Assembly: GCA_040954595.2 (NCBI GenBank)
Contig: CM082591.2
Span: 1,463,745 to 1,527,744 of the forward strand
Reading direction: 5' to 3'
From: Balanoglossus misakiensis
Taxonomy: Eukaryota; Animalia; Hemichordata
DNA: 64,000 bases
The position numbers were made by a program, and so were the translations under genes. Below, in pieces: positions 11,136-22,011 of this stretch. Under the pieces are notes generated by a model. It was not told where the DNA came from and did no database searches. It saw only the letters and a program-made list of their open reading frames with translations. Position 1 is the stretch's first letter. Every line of letters starts with the position of its first letter.

Positions 11136-12705
11136 CTAACCTTTGGCGGGAAAACGACCTTCCAACCACTCTCTCAAAGAATCGGTCATTAACTTGTACG
11201 GGTTCTCGCACTGTGCCCTTATGATGTCACCAATGTACGCCATTTTGTCATCCTCGATGACAAAGGCACGGTCGGGTTGCCCAGCATAAGTTTCAGCGAA
11301 AACATTCTCCATTGTGTCTGCTACGATTCGCACCTGATTTGCATTTTCGGTGTCGGTCGTAAAAGTTTGAAATCGACTATCGGCTTCCATCAATCGCCTA
11401 TACACAGAAATAGAGTTCCTTAATTAGCATGCGCAATGACCCCAATTTAAAGGAATTTGTTGTACTTGACCAAACACCATGCCAACCTCCTGTTCCTGTA
11501 TTCAGACCAACAAGACAGTTCTGAAATAGCTGGTGGATGGGCCCAGTAGTCACTGAATTTCAAATTTGAAACAGAGCAATCAATGATAAATCCACAAACC
11601 TGGCAGCGGCGATCCTCTCGTCCATATTTTTGTGTTGGTAATAGGAACTGTAGTGCGCCCCCAGTGGCCAACCTTCGCGCGGGTGGGCTTCAAGAACATA
11701 GATGTAGAGGAAGTCTGCCAATTCTTTGTAGTCACTGTGCAACGATGACAGAGAGCCACTATGAACAATGGCCTGGAATGAAGAAAAAAAAACACTTCAT
11801 CGTCTCCCCGCTATGAAATAATCCCGAAATACAGATGTAGTTCCAATAATATTCACATGTATACGATAAGACCCAGTTAATTGACAAGACTTACCCGCAG
11901 CGGAGGTCAGGACATCGATCCTGACAATATCACGAGGGGACGATCTTTGTGAATGTGCAATTTCGACAAAGAAATGGTTTCCTTGGTATCTATAGCAACG
12001 AGGTCAACATTGGGTCTGTTGTCTCCTACTTTCAGGTCACCAATCCAGTTCCTCGATCCTTCCGAGGCTAAAAATGACATCAAGTCCAAAACCTATTAGA
12101 AAGAGTATAGACCATGTTGCAAAAGTTCAGAAACAGAGACAAAATTTATAGTGAGTGGAGTTTCTTGGCAGTAGACTCACCGGACCAGGCTCTTTGGGGC
12201 AATCATGGTCGCCGCCATGATTGTTTTGTAAGGATGAGCGCGCGGTGAATTGTGGGATTTGTTGCTAAACAAAGAGGGCGCTGACATGACCCTCCAACCC
12301 CCCCCCCCCCGGGACGTGACCACACCTGCCCTTTAACAGACATGTAATGTGTGTATGTGTTATCACTGCACGTGATGGAATATGCCTCCTTGTTTGGGGT
12401 CACAGGTACCAATGGTCTAATTTATGATGTTGAAATCTCACCTCTTTATCGTTACCATGGTATTTTCTCACCAGTGCAGATAGGCGGCCCGGGAGTTTGT
12501 CGGGATCAACACCATTGTCCCTGAGAGCGATTCTCGCTGATTCATCAATAATTCCTTCCAAGACTGCAACCAACTTAGACGGATCTGTTTTGTTGGGGTC
12601 CATTCTCTGGTCGTATTTCTGCATGGTAGACTCGGCGTACATGACTTCTTTGAAACGTGACAATATTCTCATCACTAGATCCCTGTCCTCCATGAATGAC
12701 GCCAT
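11136..12705 (-). CDS. Iodothyronine deiodinase-like selenoprotein, 298 aa, 4 exons, in-frame UGA = Sec
   Basis: Exons 12705-12442, 12092-11895, 11772-11600, 11397-11136 with canonical splice sites and consistent phases. Motifs LKVGDNRPNV, RPLVILSGSMS-U-PPL (DIO FGSCTUPPF), DFLYIYVLEAHPREGW, QHKNMDERIAAAR, VADTMEN, YAGQPDRAFVI, LREWLE. TGA at 11909-11907; SECIS downstream; good start context aagATGG. Confidence 0.92.
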
Positions 12706-14122
12706 CTTGAATGAATAGGTTTCAGCGGTTTCAGTTACCTATCAGTAATGATACAGTTTGTCTTTTGAGTGACTTGTGACGGTATTAAGTGTATCCACTT
12801 TAATAGATTACGTATTTACACGGGTCAAAGGTTATCAAGTCAACATTCGCACGTGTCTATGTTGGAAACAGGGCAAAAGATTGTCTACAGTTCTTTTTAA
12901 ACAGTTCAGCGATGCATTTGAAGTTACCAACAGCATTGAATATCTTATAGGCCTACATGTTATTTTTGCAACTCATACAAAATCGCAAATTTGGCGACAT
13001 ACTCTGTCATTAAATTTTCAGAGCAATCTTCAATTTGGGCGACGACTCATAACTGATACTCTTAAAAAACGAACATGACTGAAACTGACCACAAATAGAA
13101 TTACGGACACTGCACTATAATTCTAATCCCATGCATCAGCTTTTAAGCCGGCGTAATATTAGTTCACGCCACTTCAATAGTTCTCAACAGCCCGCCAAGA
13201 AGTTAATATGTCACCTAATTTGGTCACATGACAGCAATTTACGCGGCCATATTATTTTCAGTTCATGGGCACTATGACTGGTACATGAATAGTGGGAAAC
13301 AGTTTTAGACAAACGTCTGGTAATGTTTGGCGACTGAATTTTACAGAATTGAGATAGTCAAGGTGAGTCAGAAATGTTCATATTTACAGGGACGCTACCT
13401 ATAGACAACCCCATATATATGTACACGTTCGCAAACATTGTATTGACTCCTGTGAAAAAAAAGTTACTCTAAGACTCGTCACTTTAGTGCCCACTGGACT
13501 TTTCCTTCGCCTCTGCAGACATATAACAGCTCATTCATTTGTAAATATTCGAATTCATCCATAACTGTCCCTAATTAGCAGTTCAAAATGTCAACCCTTT
13601 CATATCTACGCGATAAGACAAATCCCACTGTGCGTGTCAACTCGAATATTTGGTTACTATATTTTTGCATACCGTACATTCAGACGTTGTCGAGCACATA
13701 CCTTGCAAATATTATCTGCATATACCTTTCAGCAAAAAGATGAGCATAGAAAATGTCCCCTGGAAAGTGATCGAAGGGTATTTTTTGTAGTTTTCGAGGC
13801 GAGGCTTCAGGTCAACAGGTGTCAATGACACTATGCAAATATAGCACCAACGCGGTTACCACGAAGTAGTGTTGAGATAATGGTTATTTATAAATCTAGC
13901 GTATTGACATTCCCACATCTCAGTTTGAATACATTAATGTCAATTTTTTCGCCACTTGTTGAATATTGATATCGATTTTGTAATAATTGGTCACATAAAA
14001 ATCATGATATCCGTTCTTCTGGGCGTGAATTTTAATATATTTTACTGCATTTGAAGTACATGTAATTCTTCAAAAGAATTTATCATATTTATGACAGAAG
14101 GCAGTACAAGTAACCTAAAAGT
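12706..14122. promoter_or_regulatory. Probable shared divergent promoter region of the deiodinase-like gene (-) and the CACHD1-like gene (+), with a likely 5' UTR intron of the latter
   Basis: Start codons are head-to-head 1.4 kb apart. Strong donor aag|gtgagt near 13362 and acceptor gacag near 14097, upstream of the ATG at 14123. Confidence 0.45.
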
Positions 14123-14502
14123 ATGGCCCATGTATCCGTTAGTCACGTGGCTTTTGGGATACTCTGGCTTGCATTGGTTGCCAAGGGCGCCATCTTGGAT
14201 GTGAGAGAGTTTGGTGAAGCATTGGATAAGTTGGCCAATGAAGGATTAGGTGTGGAAGAAATGCAGGTATGGAAACCATCTCAAATTTTCCGAATTTTGA
14301 TGGGAGAATGTTATAAGTGTTCATGCCCTGCTATATCTCACCGTAATTTTGATTTTCCAGGAACATTACGACGCTTTAACTACGAGAATTAAACTCTTGG
14401 ATGGCGATCAAATAATGAGCAAGGTAAGTGAGCATGCGCAGATTTCGTCGCCATATTTTTTTCTTAAGAGGATTTCAGATATTATTTTCATTGCCATTAA
14501 AT

Positions 14503-14537
<35 letters not shown>

Positions 14538-14542
14538 TTCAT

Positions 14543-14585
<43 letters not shown>

Positions 14586-17500
14586 TAGCTGAAGAAAGAT
14601 TTGACAGCCAAGTTCGGGTCACGACTTACAGCGCTGCAGAATCTCCAAGCAAGTGTTCAACTCTCGTATGAACAGGAAGAGCAGACGGCATTTGCTGAAT
14701 GCTGCTCGTTGCAGGGACTTGAATACGACTCGCGATTTGGAACCGAGGTATGAAATTGTATGTTGCATGGATTGTGGGCGTCAGAAAATCATAATTTGTC
14801 TTTTCTGTCTGTAACGTTCACTTATATCTTTTTTTTACAGATTGACGCGGACGCGGCCTGTCAACGAGTGTCTCCGCAAGCCACGGCGAAACATCCACAT
14901 AATCTGACAGAAGACGTGTTGAATACCATGAAAACAAATCTTCAAAACAACCCTAGTTTGAAATGGCAGTATTTCGGAAGCGAGGAAGGAGTGTTTACCA
15001 TATACCCAGCTCATTTTATGGAATCTTGCATTACATATGATAATCGGTTCAGGTATGGTTACTAGAAACTTTTGATATTATTAGATGGTTAGTCTGTCTG
15101 TCTGAGTGACTGACTAACTAACTATAGATGTCATGCAGTCTAACCAGACTGCTTTTCTGCCTGTCATTCTGTCAACCAGTCTGACGCTACACAGATAAAT
15201 GAATATTTAATGGTATAGAAAGAGAACCATAGATTGTTTTTGAATCCAGACCAAGTGAGGAAGTAAATTGTCATCTTTCTCTCTTTCTCCACAGACCGTG
15301 GTATGTTGAAACAGCTACACCTGATCCGAAGAACGTCGTCATAGTGATTGACAAGAGTGGATCCATGGGAGACATGTACGAAGGGAGAACTCTCATGAGA
15401 ATCGCAAAAGACGCTGCAAACTCGGTTCTTGGAACAATGAACCCCAGTGATAAGGTATACTCTCGCTAAACAGAATTCTCGAGTCGGCCATCTTTGCTAC
15501 CTCCCTATGAAGTTGATGGCTCTTATGACACGTTCTGCTTTTTCTGTCCTTACAGGTTGGAGTGGTAATGTTTTCTGACACAGTAGAGGTGCCTCCTGGA
15601 ACATCGGCGACCAGTTACTGCTATGGAAAGGAACTCGCTGCGGCTAATTCATTCAATGTCAACTACTTGAAAAGTTTCATCGACAAAACAGTAGAATTTG
15701 GTAAGATAGGGATAACACAATAATTCGTTCTACACATTATTCTGTTGCCGTGTAAGAGACATAATGTATGTAGCCTATTAAAACAGCCATTTTGTCCAAA
15801 TTATAACACTGTTGTGTAATTCTTTGCAGGTGGTACACATTATGACAAGGCGTTTAATGCTGCCTTTGATTTGTTGGAAGCCTCTCGTCCACTTACAGGT
15901 GACCCTGATAGAGGTATGTTGACGTGTATAAGCCTTAGATATCGTGATATACTAGTAGGCATATTGAACATTGTGAACATTGGTCTAGGTGCCTCCAAGT
16001 GTAAGCATCAACCATTAAATCCACGAATCCCTCCTTCCCTCTCACTCCCTCTGGCTCTGTACCTACGCTTCTCTTGCTCCCTGTCTCTGTCTCATCTCTC
16101 TCTCCCTCTCTCTCCCCTCCCCCTCCTCTAATTCTCACCCTTTGTTTGAAATGTCTTGCAGACCAAGTAATACTCTTTCTGACCGACGGTGAACCCACCG
16201 ACAGCGCAGTGACGGATTATGAACGAAAGAATCAGATAATGACAACAATTCAAGACAGGAATCGAGTGATGTCAAATGAAGTCATCATTATGACTTATGG
16301 ACTGGGCGATGGTAAGTTAAATCTGGAGTTACCTGGTCTATTCCATTCCACTGCCTCTCAAGTACTCAGCTCATTCTTGTTTTGTAACAGTCAACTTAAA
16401 TCATTCATCCGCCATACTCATTGCAGATGTTGGGCTGGACTTTCTGCAGGACATCGCCAACCAAAATGGAACCAAATATGGCGTTCCACCTGATGAATCT
16501 GTAGGCGAGATCAAGGTAATACTTCCGGATGACCCGGAAGTAAACTTCATTATGAAAACCCATTTGGGCAAAAAATACCAAAACATATCCCATCTCTCAC
16601 CCTTCATATTTAACAAAAAAACGGCGTTATAAGAAACATCTAATGAAGCAAGACATCTCACTGAAACTGCAGCAACAACAGCCATCTGGAAATGTACTCA
16701 ATCTGACACAATTAGGTCACAAGACAAACATTCATGACCAAAAACCCAGCGTTCTCTTCTTTCAGCCAGGTCGCTATGTCCATGTCTCAGATCCCAACAA
16801 TCTCCGGACGGTGATGGCGTCCTACTATGACTATTTTTCAGATGATGTACACTCAGACCAGTACATATTCTCAGTTCCTTATCAAGCAGCATCTGGGATT
16901 GGTAAGTGGCGTCAAAAAAACTTACAGGCAGTGGATTGTGGCAAGTTGAAAGAAAGGCGGCCATTGTAAGAAAATCTGTTCTATTGGGACATTATTTCGT
17001 ACTATTACCCTATAGTAAGAACCAGTTAAAACACATCTATTTGTTCTAGCTGTAACGCTATTAAAATCTACTTTTGATATTCACATTCACAATGAACTAT
17101 GACCTCTTTCACAGGTTTGGTGACGACTGTGGCTCTCCCTGTGAGGCATAACGACGAACTGAAGGGCGTGGTCGGCGTCGATCTGGCGCTGGCAGATTTG
17201 ACGGCTGAACTCACATTTTTCAGAGGTGGTCAACTTTCTTATCCTTTCGTCTTCGATGGAGAAACAAAAGCAGTCGGTAAGACAACACTGACGTCTATCG
17301 TCCAAGTCAGACTGGTTTGCGTAACATAAAACTTTGGAAATGTGTAGCAACTTTGCATTGTTCTCAATGTAGCAGTCGTCTTGAATTCTTGGATGTGGCC
17401 GCCATTTTGTCCCCCAAATCATGGTGAAATGTCGACCTTATTCGATAGCACAGCAGTGATGTGATCATGGAATCAGACTAGCTATTTGAATTTATTCCAA

Positions 17501-20500
17501 TCTCCTTTTTTCAGGACGTACATTGGTTCATCCTCAGCTTCCAGTACCAACAAGAGTTAGTGATACTAATAATATATTCATCCATATTACAACACTTGAA
17601 CGAGAACAGGCCTTCAAGGAACACGTTTTCGATAGGGCAACTGGGTAAGCTATACTAATACATGTTTTCATGAAAAGGACCAGCAGATTTGACGTTCTCG
17701 TGCTTTAAGTCCATTTGGTACATCCTTAGTTAACACTCAGATGCTAAGTTTAGAATGTGCCATCCCATTTGACAGAAGCACAGCTGAAGAGGGTGAGGTG
17801 ACGTACGTGTCCAATCGGTATCTGCCACGTGGTGATTCAGAACAGGAAGGGGTACAGGTTATTGCAGTGAAGACCACCGTCTATTGGACAAAGGTGAGAT
17901 GACATGTGACATCTGACGCTTATATGCCAACAAATTCTGTGGAAAACTTCCCAAATGCAAATATTACACAGATTCCAAACTTTAGTTTCTAACACTTGTA
18001 CGTTCTGGACAAATTTCTGATCACACAACATCGATTTGCTTTCAGATAACCGACTCTCCTTTTGTCGTGGGATTAGCGATCGCTGACGAGGATATACACG
18101 TTGAACTTGACAGCCAGGTTCCCTCAGGTAAACTTTCGATCAGTCAAAGTTAAGTTCTTGTGTGACCAATTGATCAAACCAAACGCCCATTTGGATTCAG
18201 GCTAGAGATAACTAATAATTATTATCATTTCACAGGGAAAGACTTTCTTTATCATCGTATTGACCTTGTTCCGCCGGGATCACTTTGTACACATTTTGGA
18301 GTTGAAGCCACGAAGGGTAAGAGTTCAATATATTTGTTCGAGAAATTTTCTATGACTTGTTGTGATCGATCATAACGATAATAAAAAGGGTATTGTTTGT
18401 ATTCGTGTTGTCACATAATAACAATAATGTTTTATCATACAGAACAGTCAGCTGTGAAGTTTGCACCCGAAGCTTTCAAGGACCCTATCAAATATTTGGA
18501 AATGGAAGAACACGAGTTTCTTGTCCACAGTTACTCCAATTATATGAATGATAGAAGTGGTTTCATTCCAAATCCTGGATTTAAGGTATATCATATTTTC
18601 TCATGTCTGTTAACACAACATACATGGACACGACGCTGTCCAGAACGTTCCCATTGCCCAGCGTATATTGATATGGCCACTAACACAAGTTTGACTGTAT
18701 TTTACAGGATGAAATACGAGACAGCGTGCAGGCAACTGCCAAGGTCAACGACATGTGGGAGGGTGACGAAAGCGGAGTTGAAGATTTCACTGTGGTGCGA
18801 TACATTGGAACAGAAGATGGCGTCTTTCGACAATATCCGGGGCGTAAAATGCACAAATACTATGACCCAACCGTACGACCTTGGTAATGCGTTCTTGTTT
18901 ATCCTGATAATAGTTTATGTCATTTCCTCTTCTTCCTTTGTACACATTAATTTAAAATGGTTAACTTCTCTTTGACAGGTATTTACGAGCAAAGAATAAC
19001 AAAGGCAAAATCACGTTGTCACCACCATATCCACTGAGAACGAATTACTTAGTGACACTTAGCCATACATTAATTAGTGGGTGAGTTAAATTCTCCTTCG
19101 CTCATGCTCGTATTAGATTTATTTAACGAATTAATTTCCTAACTAGTAATTATTGAAGTTTATGAAGAATTCCTTTGTTCGGGTAAGGTCATGTAAGATT
19201 GTGTTTGTTGTTTTCAGCAACCAATCAGAGCTCGCCTCGTCGGATGAGGTCATTTCCGTTATGGGGCTTGATTTCACATTAACATATTTCTATCGTCTGC
19301 TGGTTGCTGCCTACCAGAAGTGCAGGGACGATAAATACAGGTAACAACTTCATTTTTTCTGTCCTAGAAAAATGCTATTTACCAGTTCTCACTAAAATGG
19401 CGGTCAAAACAAAAAATTGTTCGGTAAGTTAGTCCACAAATATTCATATTTCCTAATTTGCTTTCAGCTGCTTCGTGATGGATGAAAGCGGGTACTTTGT
19501 TGTACACAGGGACTTTTTCAAAGATGGCGGGCAACCGCGAGTTTATGATGAACATATTACGCAGCACGAGTCACACATCGCCCAGGACTTAATCAATAAA
19601 CGCGTACTTGTCAAGAAAGTCTGCATAGATATGCAAGATATTCGGATGCAGTACTACTACGAGGTATTGTATTACTAGTAATTGATTTGTTTGTTTGTTC
19701 TTAGTGTCGTCTCTCTCGGAAACAAATCCTATGAACTTTTGATCATTTTCTGTCTGTTCCAGGTGGCGATCAACAACAGCAATGGCGAGATTGACAACAT
19801 GGCGTCCGGAGATCCATGCACGAAATACCAACTGACTGCCATCCCAAACAGTAATGCATTTTTAGGAATTATCGACAGATCGGAAAATTGCAAGTCTGAC
19901 AGCACGTGTCCTTGTCAGGTTAGTTATGTTATGTCACGTGACGTGACGTTGTTATCTTAATATCTGAAACTTTTCTGTCCGGTTTTAACCTAACCAGACA
20001 CGAAGTTTTGTCTGGATTAAATTATGTTAATAATGATTATCAATTTCAGGAGGTTTGCGTGAGCGATTCGTCACTAGATTGTGAGTGTCCGTGTGTGACG
20101 TCACGGAATTTGAAGTACGACTTCTGTGAGGGCGAATTTACCCTTACGAGGTATGTATCCTTCCGCATCCGTTGAGCGAGACTAATAAGCTAATATCAGT
20201 TCACAAGTGGTGAATTTGGGTACAGGTATCCTTCATGTAATGCAATGATACTATACAGACATACAGACAGATATAAACTCACCTCCATGTTCTTGTATTC
20301 CTCAGTGGTGATCCACCACCCTGTCCACCACCTGTCCAAGAACCGCGGAAGGAATTATTCCCAAACCGAGTCAAAAGTCAAGATCAGCTTCCACAATGTT
20401 TCGATCCTCGTTGCCAAGACAGAGAATCTTACAGGTTGGTACTTGTTGTTATGGTTTCCGATGTCGTGAAAAGCCGTCTCTGAAAGTGAAATAGCAAAGT

Positions 20501-22011
20501 TAGCTGATCATAGTCTTGAACCTCATGTATGTGGGACTAATGCAAATCTTCGAATTCCAATTTTCACTATTCTCTGGAGATTACACAACACGTTATGCTT
20601 TCTACACATTGCAGCGCTTGCTTCGGAGTATTAAGTTGTGCCTGGTGCAACACTGACAAAGATGGAGAGTTGGATGAGCCTTATTGTACCAGCATCAATG
20701 ATGTATTTCAAGACATCTGCAGTGAGTATAAACGATATTTGTAAATCTTAATCCAAGTGTTCAAACGACTACACATTTCGAATAGAGCGCCACCATCGGT
20801 GAATATACATTGAGAACTATGTTTCCAGATACATGTACAACATTTTTAGGTAGCTGATTACACAGTAAACATTAAAATTTAAAGAGGTGAACTCGCTTAT
20901 TAATAGTTGTGATATTAAAGGGACAATGTACTTTCTCAATTTCTCAGCTTTTACACCCGAAGACACTACAACAATTGAACTGCCAGGTATGTATTTGCGG
21001 GTAATTAATCTGCTAGTTCCAAATAATGTACCTGTAGTTCAATTATAAGCACGTGAATGCCTCTTGGTAAACATAACAACATGAGAAAATGTTTGGTCGA
21101 AGTCATGAACAAGTTAATGATTCAAGTACTGGCCAGTTACAGCAACTGGGATATAAATTGGGTTTTGTGGGAATATTTACCAACATAAATGATGATTCCC
21201 TTTTTCAGTAAAAACTGAAGCAAGTCCGGATGAAGCCAGTTCAAGTTCAAGCCTGTCATCCGGGGCAGTGATCGGAATTGTGTTTGGAGTCATTATTGCC
21301 GTGGTCATACTGGGCATTCTCGCCAGAAAGGGGGTGAAGGTGATAAAAGTAAAGAGGGAGGAGCGCAAGAATCAAGCAAGAAGTGTAAGCGTAGACATGG
21401 AGTACATGGCTGTGCCATCAGCTCCTCCTCCGCCCTCGGCACCCCTGCAAACTGACCCAGAATATATGAACATGGCTGCGCAACCAGTGGGGATTATTTT
21501 TGGCAATAATGGTAGTCAAGTGGTGTACAGACCTGGTTTCAGTGGCAGTACAGAAGTTGTCGATCAAGCTCCTACAGCATCTGCAGACTCTGATGTTGAC
21601 AGTGATCTTGAAGAGGTCCCGGTGAGACCAGACGCTGGGGGTGGCGATGGTGACGATGAATTGCCTGGCAGGGAAAGTGGTGATGAGGCCAGTGGTTCGA
21701 CGGGCACAGAAGATGGCGATGATGGCAACGATGCAACTGGCGCTGGTGTTGGCCATGGTGACAATGAGCGAACTGACAGCGAAGATAGCCATGGCGCAAA
21801 TGAAGGGTCTGACGCAGGTGCACAAGAACCACCGGAAGTGAACGACACAGGTGATCTTAGTCAAACCGGAAGCGGAACTGGTCAAGCGACACATGACCAC
21901 AGTGGAAGCGAGGATGAGAGAAGAAGGTCTTCACAAACATCATCATCACGTGACAGTAGCGAAGGCGGTGACAGTTCCTCAGAAGCTGAGGAGACTAGTC
22001 CATTGGCCTAG
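14123..22011 (+). CDS. VWA and Cache domain-containing protein (CACHD1 / Ca-channel alpha2delta family), type I membrane protein, 26 coding exons
   Basis: Signal peptide (14123-14266 exon); LKWQYFGSEEG and YDNRFRPWY; VWA VIVIDKSGSM...GGTHY...ILFLTDG; Cache motifs KGVVGVDL, GRTLVHP, RYIGTEDGVFRQYPG, YDPTVRPWY, CFVMDESGYFVVH; Cys-rich CECPC and CFGVLSCAWC; TM GAVIGIVFGVIIAVVILGILA; long acidic tail ending TAG at 22011. All exons join in frame. Confidence 0.93.
14500..14586. repeat. (ATTT)n microsatellite directly abutting a splice acceptor
   Basis: About 21 ATTT units ending ...atttatag|CTG at 14588. Confidence 0.95.
16030..16128. repeat. CT-rich low-complexity tract in a CACHD1-like intron
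   Basis: ctctctctccctctctcccctcccc... polypyrimidine run upstream of the acceptor near 16161. Confidence 0.7.

Noticed and set aside
11907-11909. TGA read as a nonsense mutation (pseudogene)
   Set aside because: It sits exactly at the deiodinase Sec position, downstream exons are intact and a SECIS is present.
19969-20010. Imperfect intronic hairpin (similar ones near 12199, 47144, 52621 and 62282)
   Set aside because: Short, with no second copy or target-site duplication visible; cannot be called miRNA or MITE.
20151-20235. GTATCCTT U12-like words in a CACHD1-like intron
   Set aside because: The frame-preserving donor is AG|GTATGT, and there is no U12 branch sequence before the acceptor.
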